A stretch of DNA of 64,000 nucleotides from Macrostomum lignano (taxonomy: Eukaryota). A model generated the notes under the pieces. That model was not told where the DNA came from, made no database searches, and saw nothing but the letters and a program-made list of their open reading frames with translations. Positions within the stretch are counted from its first letter, which is position 1. Every line of letters begins with the position of its first letter. The position numbers were made by a program, and so were the translations under genes. The DNA is taken from assembly GCA_002269645.1 (NCBI GenBank), contig NIVC01000305.1:372001-436000 (forward strand), written 5' to 3'. Positions 10,801-21,270 of the stretch are shown in pieces.

Positions 10801-13392
10801 TTCTATGATTTTTATATGACGCTTCTACGATTTTTTACATGACGCTTCTATGATTTTTTAAATGATGCTGCTATGATTTTTATATGACGCTTCTACGATT
10901 TTTTACATGACGCTTCTATGATTGTTTACATGACGCTTCTATGATTGTTTACATGACGCTTCTATGATTTTTTACATGACGCTTCTATGATTGTTTACAT
11001 GACGCTTCTATGATTTTTATATGACGCTTCTATGATTGTTTACATGACGCTTCTATGATTTTTTAAATTACGCTTCTATGATTTTTAAATGACGCTTCTA
11101 TGATTTTTTACATGACGCTTCTATGATTGTTTACATGACGCTTCTATGATTTTTTAAATGACGCTTCTATGATTGTTTACATGACGCTTCTATGATTTTT
11201 TACATGACGCTTCTATGATTGTTTACATGACGCTTCTATGATTGTTTACATGACGCTTCTATGATTGTTTACATGACGCTTCTATGATTTTTTACATGAC
11301 GCTTCTATGATTTTTATATGACGCTTCTACGATTTTTTACATGACGCTTCTATGATTGTTTACATGACGCTTCTATGATTGTTTACATGACGCTTCTATG
11401 ATTTTTATATGACGCTTCTATGATTGTTTACATGACGCTTCTATGATTTTTTAAATTACGCTTCTATGATTTTTAAATGACGCTTCTATGATTGTTTACA
11501 TGACGCTTCTATGATTTTTTAAATTACGCTTCTATGATTGTTTACATGACGCTTCTATGATTTTTTAAATGACGCTTCTATGATTGTTTACATGACGCTT
11601 CTATGATCTTTTAAATGACGCTTCTATGATTGTTTACATGACGCTTCTATGATTGTTTACATGACGCTTCTATGATTGTTTACATGACGCTTTTATGATT
11701 GTTCACATGGCGCTTCTATAATTTTTTACATGACGCTTCTATGATTTTTTAAATGACGCTTCTATGATTTTTATATGACGCTTCTACGATTTTTTACATG
11801 ACGCTTCTATGATTTTTTAAATGATGCTTCTATGATTTTTAAATGACGCTTCTATGATTTTTAAATGACGCTTCTATGATTGTTTACATGACGCTTCTAT
11901 GATTTTTAAATGACGCTTCTATGATTGTTTACATGACGCTTCTGTGATTTTTTAAATGACGCTTCTATGATTGTTTACATGACGCTTCTATGATTGTTTA
12001 CATGACGCTTCTATGATTGTTTACATGACGCTTTTATGATTGTTCACATGACGCTTCTATAATTTTTTACATGACGCTTCTATGAGTTTTTAAATGACGC
12101 TTCTATGATTTTTATATGACGCTTTTACGATTTTTTACATGACGCTTCTATGATTGTTTACATGACGCTTCTATGATTTTTTACATGACGCTTTTATGAT
12201 TTTTACATGACGCTTCTTTTTAAAAAGTCTTTTAGTTTTCCTGACGTTGAAAAGCTTTAATTAAAAAAATTATACTCTATGAAAATTCGAACCATCGTCG
12301 CTGCATTTAGCAGTTCAGTCTGTTCACCTCTAGGCTAGCTCTCATCGTTTTGATAACATGAAATTTTGCACTTATATAATTCAACACTTTAAAATCCAAG
12401 CATCGAGCAAATCACACAAAGCAGTTATGACATAATCAGTTTCTCAGTCAGTCAGTATCAGTTAACAATATGGTTACGCAATTTAAATCAAGTCTGGTGC
12501 TACGCTTCCACACTGCATTTTCAATTCAAGTCGGAGTTACAATTCAGTTATGATGCAATCTATTTCAGAATCAGAATCAACCAGTCAATTTTTTCTCTAG
12601 CATTCTTACAATGCATTTCAAGTCGAAAACTTTGCTTGACCTTTGCAAAAAAGCATGTTTTTCGAATATTTAATGCCTTTAGCATCGAGCAATTTCTTAG
12701 CCACAATGCATGTACAGTCACGGGAAAATTTCTGATCGAACAGTGCAAGTTCGAACAAAATCGGTCCAGCCATTTTTTCTCTAATCGATTACAAGCAAGC
12801 AAGCAAGATTTTCATTTTTAGTATATAGGATTTGGAATCCAGACATTCATCCGGCCCAAAGATATAGCCAACAAAGTCTCACCTGTCTCTGCCAACGCGC
12901 CCACACCAGCCTGCCAATATCTTCATTTTCGCAATCATCTTTGCCATCAGAATTCGGATCATCATTCACAGATTGGCTAGTTGTCTTGCCAGCTGGGAGC
13001 AGAATGCTGCAGTCGGGTCTCAGCTCAGCTAGCCTATCGGCAGCAGATTTTGAGCTGGTGGCAGTGGCTGACTGCTTCACAGATTTGGAAATGTCAGTCA
13101 GTACCACACGTAGCTGGGGCAGTGTTGTCAAGTTTTCACTGCTAGCATTAGCAAGACCTGGCTTGGCTTGACCTGCAACATCACTGTCTACATCAGTTAT
13201 ATCAGTAGTAGACTTGTTTGCTGACTGTTGACGCTTTCTAAGCTGAGGTCCAAAGTGGCCACACCTTTTGGGATATTTTCTTTTATTGGATCTAGAAGAA
13301 CCAGCTGCCTTTGACTTTGGCACTGACAATGCTGGCTTTGAATTTATAGACACCCTGCGTTTTTGTAGCTTTACACTGTCATAGAGGGACAT
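2018..13392 (-). CDS. DNMT3: DNMT3-type de novo DNA (cytosine-5) methyltransferase, PWWP-ADD-MTase; 8 exons in window, probably continuing past the left edge
   Basis: Minus-strand exons joined at GT-AG sites with consistent phases: 13392-12883, 8312-7918, 7433-7372, 6925-6561, 4051-3873, 3269-2937, 2479-2309, 2203-2018 (~733 aa). PWWP-like: LVWARWQRQ|SYPALVVS...[13 protein letters not shown]: CLACG...[12 protein letters not shown]...[12 protein letters not shown]...[16 protein letters not shown]...WLCHLC. MTase motifs: [10 protein letters not shown], catalytic [38 protein letters not shown]. Confidence 0.93.
2230..2308. repeat. (ACAG)n microsatellite filling DNMT3 intron 7
   Basis: Direct observation; abuts the donor site. 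Confidence 0.95.
2533..2903. repeat. 28-bp minisatellite in DNMT3 intron 6
   Basis: Unit CAACTGAGGATCTGGGAGGCTGGCCCAG, period 28. Confidence 0.95.
3340..3790. repeat. 25-bp CT-rich minisatellite in DNMT3 intron 5
   Basis: Unit CCATTCTCATCCCTGCTCTTCCCCT. Confidence 0.95.
4080..6490. repeat. 16-bp AAGCTT-rich minisatellite in DNMT3 intron 4
   Basis: Units GAAGCTTTGAGCTTGG, GAAGCTTTGAGCATGA and GAAGCTTTAAGCTTGG, arranged in homogeneous blocks. Confidence 0.95.
6995..7195. repeat. Degenerate ~30-bp tandem repeat in DNMT3 intron 3
   Basis: TTTGGGGATCTG(G/A)GAATCTCGAGGATTTGAG recurs. Confidence 0.85.
7520..7905. repeat. (TCTA)n / GATA microsatellite in DNMT3 intron 2
   Basis: Direct observation. 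Confidence 0.97.
8328..9200. repeat. 21-bp minisatellite in DNMT3 intron 1
   Basis: Unit TCTCTGCTGATGGGATCTGA(A/G). Confidence 0.97.
9444..9510. repeat. Interstitial telomere-like (CCCTAA)n tract
   Basis: About 11 units with a few variants; a degenerate second copy lies at ~9895-9940. Confidence 0.85.
10450..12220. repeat. 22-23-bp AT-rich minisatellite in DNMT3 intron 1
   Basis: Unit ATGACGCTTCTATGATTGTTTAC and variants. Confidence 0.95.
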
Positions 13393-13513
13393 GATGATAA
13401 GCTTAATGTTATTCCAATATTAAAGACAAGATGATGAAACAATGGTCCTTTATCTGAAAAAAGAAATTGTAAATAAAATATTACAATGCATTATATACAT
13501 ATATAGTTAAGAG

Positions 13514-13894
13514 CATTTATGCAAGAGCCTCTTTATATCGCCAGTTCGAAAAATGGAACCGGTTCTGAACCAGTTTGATGCTCTTTATATTGATGGTTTG
13601 AAAAAACAGAATCAGTTCTGGAACATGGTTCTGGTTCTAGAAAATGGTTTGAGAAATTTTCTCGAACCGTTGTCATGTTTATACTTTAATAGTAAAATAT
13701 ATTTGAAATTATTGTTATTGTTATTGTTATTATTGTTATATACTTATTCCTTTTTTCATATCCAAGAAGAAACAAAGTCAAAAAATGACAAAATTAAATT
13801 GTAAATACTGTCAAACATAAAATGGGTTTGAAGCTCCTCATTTCACACTGGTTCTAGTTCTAGAACCGATTGCCATGAAGAGGCTCTATAAATG
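13514..13894. mobile_element. Putative MITE just upstream of DNMT3
   Basis: Imperfect terminal inverted repeat CATTTAT(GCA)AGAGCCTCTT ... AAGAGGCTCTATAAATG, with repeated internal GGTTCT/AGAACC motifs. No clear TSD. Confidence 0.45.
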
Positions 13895-16800
13895 AACTAG
13901 CTATATTGAATGCTTAAACAATCATTTTTATAGCAACTAACTGTTTATTTTACTTATGGCTATCTTTCTTCTATATGAGAAGCCTTTTAATATATGGATA
14001 AATGTTTAATTTTAATTGCTTTTACTAAATCTTGAAAATCTACTAATAAAATCCTAGAAAAGCCTAAATAGCTACATAAAAATTTATTAAAACAAATTAG
14101 CATATATGCTTCTACTTCTACATATTTTCATAGAATTCTATATTAAAACAATAGATGACTAGCTTATAGTTAGTAGGCCTATTGGTTTTAAAAGCAAGAA
14201 ATAAAGTAATAAGAATCTTGGTTTATTTTTTGTTGACTTAATAGCTATAATTGCCAATATTTAGGTTATGCTTTCATATAATTTCAATGATATTATGTTT
14301 TATAAAAAATTTGATATTAGAATTATTTTTAATATACTTTTAAAATTCTAATTAATATTACTTATTGCTTACTATATATTAGAATTTATTATTGGCAATA
14401 TAATATATAACCATAAGGCATAATTATTAAAAAATACTTTTATTTTTTAGTCTATTAAGTGACTAGAGTAGTAGAGGTCTAGTTCTAATTCTAATCTAAA
14501 AATCTTAATAAGATGAGATATCTAGATTAGAATAAAAGCTTAGCTGCTTAGTTAGGCCTAGGCCTTTTGATCAAATAATTATAGTCAATGGTGTAATTAT
14601 TAAAATGTTACGCACTAGAAATATATTTTGATATTATTATTATACTAGATTTCCTAATAATTTTAAATTAAAATTGAAAGGAAAGTCTACCTTCTACCTT
14701 CAAGTAAAAATCAAAATTCAAAATCAAAGTATTCAACTTTACTTATACAACTTCTAGTTTATGGCAATGCAATTATATAAGAATTAGGCTTAAAATCCAT
14801 TTATGCACCAAAATGTATGTAAACTACTAAAAGTATATAGACTATATTAGGACTAGAAAAATATAAAAAGTTACACTTTGATAGTTCTAAGGGCTACTCA
14901 AGTCCTACTCTACTCTACCTAGCACTATACTTGAGACTGTATTTAAGTAGTCCTTGGATAGTTAACCTATAGCACTTTAAATAAATACATATTATGCATG
15001 TACTTTCGAGCATTCAGGAAAAAACCACAAAACAAAACTAACCACGCCATTTAGGCCCAATGCTAATAAGTTGATGTTGAGCTAGGTCGAGTGACTCGAG
15101 TCGAAATTTTTATAGGCCTACTTATAGTCGTATAAAGCGGGACCAAAAATTACAGAACTAGAAACTACTTCTAAGGTTAGAGAATTAATTTTACAAGATC
15201 AAAAATCAAAGCAATTTTTCATGAACGGTTGGAAGAGTACAGGTAGTGCAAGTTCACTTTAGTAACTGATTTGGAGTTAATGAGCAAATGCTGATTGCTG
15301 AATAAAAATAATTAGTTGCTTTAAAAAATAGAAACTACTCATAAATAATTAATAAAGCCGAGTAATAATTAGAATTACTAGCTAATAAATAATCATACCG
15401 TTACGTTGAGAATGTATAGTTCTGTATTGTTAACCATGTTTGCAGTTAAAATGCACTACATAAATTTTATATTGTTCTTGAGAGTTAATACTGCATCCAT
15501 TAAAACACAATAATACTTTTTTCGTTAGGTTATCAAGGTCAAAATTTTATAAGTTTTCAAAAAGTAAACGATCCTTAATATAGAAAATATGTCTAATATA
15601 GCTATAACTTACTATATAGTTGTAAGTTTTGACGCGCGTATATAAATTTATGACTGTACTTTTCGAGACGTTGGCTCGCTGGATGCTAAGCTGGGTGAAC
15701 AGACTCAACACCCATTACTAATTACTCCATAGAAAATAGAATATTTAGTTTCTAAATTTTATTTTTTCATAGACTGGTCATTTACTGTATTTTAAGGTTG
15801 CTCTTTATTTTTTAATTGAATTTATATTATAGTTTCTTCTAGGCTTAATAATAATAGGTATTTTAATTATAAATGTATATTAATTTCAGGCTAGTGTGAA
15901 CAAGATTTTCAAAGCATAATAGGAAGTAAGGGATTCAAAAAATTTAAAGAATTTAAAGCATACTGCAAATTTTATTCCAAATCTAATTTAATACTTTTAG
16001 GTCACATAGCCATGGCCAATTTATTCAGTTAACAATTTTATAGCAATGATAGGAACTGACTATTCTAATAAATATTTTTTCAGCTGAGATTTTGCTCAAA
16101 ATATAAATGCAGTAAAGTTCAAGCCATTAATAATAATCAATGCTAATGTAATACATTTTAAGAGATAAATTATGCAATGTAATAAAGCATTATTTAGCTC
16201 CTATAATACCTGCAATCAGAGCTAATATCCTATATATTTTTTGCAGGATTTTTCAATTAATGGATATAAATTTCTGTATTTAATTGTATAGAAGTTTTAA
16301 AATACATTACTACATGTTACTCAATATCACTAGTTTTATTAAATAAAAGTAACCATTATTATGAGCACAAAATTCTACAATATTTATTTTGACAATAATT
16401 ATAAAAACAATTTATTTGTTCAATTTTCTTAGCTTGAAGTTTCATGTGCTTATTTGATATTTTTGAATTTGAGCAACCTTTTTGTGAAGCTAACCAATAA
16501 GACAATATTAGCTTAAGTTTTGAAGTCACTGCCAAAGTAAAGTTCTGACCTGAGTTGGGTTTGAATAGCTCAATGGTAAGCACATCTGGCTCTATACTAC
16601 TACCTCTATTTCAATTCTTTGTATAGCCATATTAATTTTGTGCTTATTAATTGGCAATAATGTATGGGAGTCAGTGCTATTGTACACCTTGTGTGAGCAT
16701 ATGAATAAGTTTGTGCCTCTGTGTAAGTATTGCCGCGCTGGTACATGTATGTTCTCAAGAGTCAGCAGAATGGGCAGAATTGCCTCAGCGCTGGTTGTGG

Positions 16801-16937
16801 GACGAATTCTGCATTATATTTTTAATCCTAAAGAAGCTTTAGTTCTTAGAAATGTTATCATTACTCAGTGCCAATATGTAGTTGACCACTGGGCACAGGC
16901 AAAACTTCATGTACCCACATCTGCACCCAACTTTCAG

Positions 16938-17470
16938 GATGTGACAGTGCTCGGAGCGGGCATTGTTGGCTGGTCGGTGGCAGTTCAATTGCTTGACGCT
17001 CTGCCGAACTGTCGTCTCACTGTGGTTGCCGACCAGCTGGATGGCGAGACCGTGTCCTGGGTGGCTGCCGGGTCGTTTCGCATTGAAAATTTTGAGGAAT
17101 TGTGCCCAGACAGGCCTGGACAGGGAAGGAAGTGGGCGGCGGATTCGTTCCAGCATTACCTGGATTTGGCTGTGTCTGGACAGGTACAGGTCAAATATTG
17201 AGCACTAGTGCGAATCCTATTATTAGGTCAAGGATATCATAGTTCACTCTGTTCATTTAACACAGAGAGAAGATAAATTTAAATGCCTGTATGCTCTAAA
17301 AGCCATCAACTTATAGGTTATTATAAGGGTTAAGTTGGTTAGTCAGTTAGTTTTTTAGTTAGTTAGTTAGTCAGTTAGTAAATTAGTTAGTTAGTTTGTT
17401 TGTTTGTTTGTTTGTTTGTTTGTTTGTTTGTTAGTTAGTTAGTTAGTTAGTTAGTTAGTCAGTTAGTAAA

Positions 17471-17506
<36 letters not shown>

Positions 17507-19249
17507 GTCAGTCAGCTATTTGTTTACTTATTTATTTATTTATTTATTTATGTAGTCAGTTGTTCGTAGTTACAGTTAGTCAGTTACCTAGTTAACTAAT
17601 TATTTAACTAGTTGGTTTTGGAACCTATTTGTTTGTGTGTGTTCTCTAGAAAATCTCCTCAAAATTGCCATACAAAAACGCCAACACAATGTCCCTTAAA
17701 AATCCGCCTAAAATCCCTCAGGGCAGCTCAGCGGGCTGCCTGCTGCTGCCGCTTGTGCAAGTGTACGAAGACTCCAACCAGACTCCGCCCGACTACCTGC
17801 AGCTGGCGCACTCGGTGGCCACCCTGACACCCGACCAGCTCAGGACCGAGTTCCCGCGTTGGCCAAGCCTGCAGTGCGGCTGGTCGTGCGAGACCACCCT
17901 GACTGAGAGCCGGCTGTACCTGCCGTTTCTGAGAGCCAGGTACTTGCACGTGTTTTAATTTGATTGACTGCGTGAACTGGGGAGTTGCTGAGATGCCATG
18001 GCTCAATGGGGGAGTTGCTGAGATGCCAATTGGCTCAATGGGGGAGTTGCTGAGATGCCAATTGGCTCAATGGGGGAGTTGCTGAGATGCCAATTGGCAC
18101 AATGGGGAGATGCTGAGATGCCAATTGGCTCAATGGGGGAGTTGCTGAGATGCCAATTAGCACAGTGGGGAGATGCTGAGATGCCATGGCTCACTTGGGA
18201 GTTGCTGAGATGCCATGGCTCACTTGGGAGTTGCTGAGATGCCAATTGGCTCAATGGGGGAGTTGCTGAGATGCCAATTAGCACAGTGGGGAGATGCTGA
18301 GATGCCATGGCTCACTTGGGAGTTGCTGAGATGCCAATTAGCACAGTGGGGAGATGCTGAGATGCCATGGCTCACTTGGGAGTTGCTGAGATGCCAATTA
18401 GCACAGTGGGGAGATGCTGAGTTGCCATGGCTCACTTGGGAGTTGCTGAGATGCCATGGCTCACTTGGGAGTTGCTGAGATGCCAATTGGCTCAATGGGG
18501 GAGTTGCTGAGATGCCAATTGTCTCAATGGGGGAGTTGCTGAGATGCCATGGCTCAATGGGGGGAGATGCTGAGATGCCAATTGGCTCAATGGGGGAGTT
18601 GCTGAGATGCCAATTGGCACAATGGGGAGTTGCTGAAATCCCATGGCTCAAGTAAAAATCGTGGAGATGGTGCCGGAACCAATTCGCCAGCAACCAACCC
18701 GATTGCAGATGCCGCTGCACCAATCTAACTGTGACTCGCCATCGTGTCAATTCGCTATCCGAACTACTCGACGGCTCGTCCTGCCGTTTGTTATTCAACT
18801 GCTCAGGTTTGGGCGCCGCCCAGCTGGCCAAGGATCCGAATGTGTACCCAATCCGTGGCCAGGTGTTCAAAGTTCGAGCTCCCTGGCTCAAGCGAGCCGT
18901 GATTGGACCGAATGGGGAGACGTACATCTACCCGGGAGCTACCGACATCGTTACAGTTGGCGGTTGTCGCCAACCAAACAGCTGGTCGACCGAGCCCTGT
19001 CCCGATGACGCCTCCAAAATCTGGTCTCGAGCTACCCGACTCGTACCGTCAGTGGGCGGCGCGGAAACTGTCAATCAACTGGCCGGGCTGAGGCCGGCTC
19101 GACTCGGCGGGATTCGGGTCGAATTAGATTCCACCGACTCGCGAATAGTGCACTGCTACGGCCACGGCGGCAACGGGGTGGCCCTGGCCTGGGGCACCGC
19201 ATCTGAGGCAGTTAAACTCGGCTTAGAATCGCTGCGCAGAGGCGGCTGA
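16938..19249 (+). CDS. DDO: FAD-dependent D-amino-acid oxidase family enzyme, most like D-aspartate oxidase; first few N-terminal codons not located
   Basis: Exons 16938-17183, 17722-17939, 18709-19249 (334 aa, phases consistent). Rossmann motif VTVLGAGIVG, plus VAAG, YLPFL, NCSGLGA, PIRGQV, TYIYPG, GGCRQ, GLRPAR and HCYGHGGNG. TYIYPG and GGxRQ match DDO better than DAO. Confidence 0.88.
17335..17615. repeat. (TTAG)n/(TTTG)n/(TTTA)n compound microsatellite in DDO intron
   Basis: Direct observation. Confidence 0.9.
17978..18650. repeat. ~28-32-bp minisatellite in DDO intron
   Basis: Core GGGAGTTGCTGAGATGCCA with variable tails. Confidence 0.92.
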
Positions 19250-19639
19250 CAGCGGCTAATGCGCTATTTTCAAATGCACCGATATGTATCGAAAATAGTA
19301 TTTTTTAACTTTGATTCTTTGCAGCATCAGCTGCTCCTAGACAAAAATATTGAAACGCTCGAGCTTTGCTACTGTCAGTAAGTGGCCAGGATATTTATTT
19401 GAACTTTTTAGTTGTCTTTATCTGTAATAAGTGCATTTTAAATTTGTTATGAATTTGATTTATAAAAATGCCTATTTTCATACCGTTGTTTTAAAACCGT
19501 GCAATTAAAAATTAGTTTGGGTGCGCAATAAATTTCTGGATTCTTTTTGGTTGCAGTTTAACCATTGTTAATTGCTTTTTAGCTTCAGTTTTAACTTGAA
19601 CAAATTTTTTTGAAGCGTTAATATGACTAAATTTTCAAG

Positions 19640-20772
19640 GCACCTGTTAGACTGGTTTCGCTTGTTAGATACTGAATGTCACCTGTTAGACACTGAATTT
19701 CACCTCTTAGACACTGAGTGTCACCTGTTAGACACTTGGTGTCGCCTGTTAGACACTGGGTGTCGTCTGTTAGACACTGAGTGTCGCCTGTTAGACACAG
19801 GGTGTCGCCTGTTAGACACTGAGTGTCACCTGTTAGACACTGAATGTCACCTGTTAGACACTGAATGTCACCTGTTAGAAACTGAGTGTCGCCTGTTAGA
19901 CACTGAATTTCACCTGTTAGACACTGAATGTCACCTGTTAGACACTGAATTTCACCTGTTAGACACTGAATGTCACCTGTTAGAAACTGAGTGTCACCTG
20001 TTAGACACTGAATTTCACCTCTTAGACACTGAGTGTCACCTGTTAGACACTGAATTTCACCTCTTAGACACTGAGTATCACCTGTTAGACACTTGGTGTC
20101 GCCTGTTAGACACTGGGTGTCGCCTGTTAGACACTGAGTGTCGCCTGTTAGACACTGGGTGTCGCCTGTTAGACACTGAATGTCACCTGTTAGACACTGG
20201 GTGTCGCCTGTTAGACACTGAATGTCACCTGTTAGACACTGAATTTCACCTGTTAGACACTGAATGTCACCTGTTAGACACTGAATTTCACCTGTTAGAC
20301 ACTGAATGTCACCTGTTAGAAACTGAGTGTCACCTGTTAGACACTGGGTGTCGCCTGTTAGACACTGAGTGTCGCCTGTTAGACACTGGGTGTCACCTGT
20401 AAGACACTGAATGCACCTGTTAGACACTGGGTGTCACCTGTTAGACACTGGGTGTCGCCTGTTAGACACTGAGTGTCGCCTGTTAGACACTGAATGCACC
20501 TGTTAGACACTGGGTGTCACCTGTTAGACACTGGGTGTCGCCTGTTAGACACTGAGTGTCGCCTGTTAGACACTGAATGCACCTGTTAGACACTGGGTGT
20601 CACCTGTTAGACACTGGGTGTCGCCTGTTAGACACTGAGTGTCGCCTGTTAGACACTGAATGCACCTGTTAGACACTGGGTGTTACCTGTTAGACACTGG
20701 GTGTCGCCTGTTAGACACTGAATGTCACCTGTTAGAAACTGGGTGTCGCCTGTTAGACACTGAATGTCACCC
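19640..20772. repeat. 21-bp intergenic minisatellite
   Basis: Unit CACCTGTTAGACACTGAATGT and variants. Confidence 0.95.
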
Positions 20773-21270
20773 ATTAATAACATATATCATATTATATGCA
20801 TAACATAAGTGTTAACGTAACAAGTGAACAGTGACTTATCCTGGCACTGGCACTTAGACACATCGTTTTCTGGGATGAGCTACAATGTATAGATAATTTA
20901 ATATAAGCCTACATGCTCCTGTTTCCTTATTAGGGAGTCTTTCTCAACAGTAGTAATTGGCCGACTCAGACTCCGTCCGTATATTGCTCCAGCAGTCATG
21001 TACAACACACACAAGACCGAGCTTCTCTCTCCTTCCCTCCTCTCTCTCTCTCTCTCCGCTCAGTGAGTGAGCGGTCCGAACTCGGGCAAGAGAAAGTAAC
21101 GGAAAAAACTGGCTGCACTTGAAGGAGCGGCGGCGCAGATTTCTTTATAGCAGAGGCCCATGTCCTTTGAGCTCAATCCCTTGCTCAAAGCAGATTCTTG
21201 CTAAACTGGATCTGTCTTCCTCACTTGCCGGCGGCGTTCCAGTTTAATCCAGTCGAGTAATTTTTCTGCA

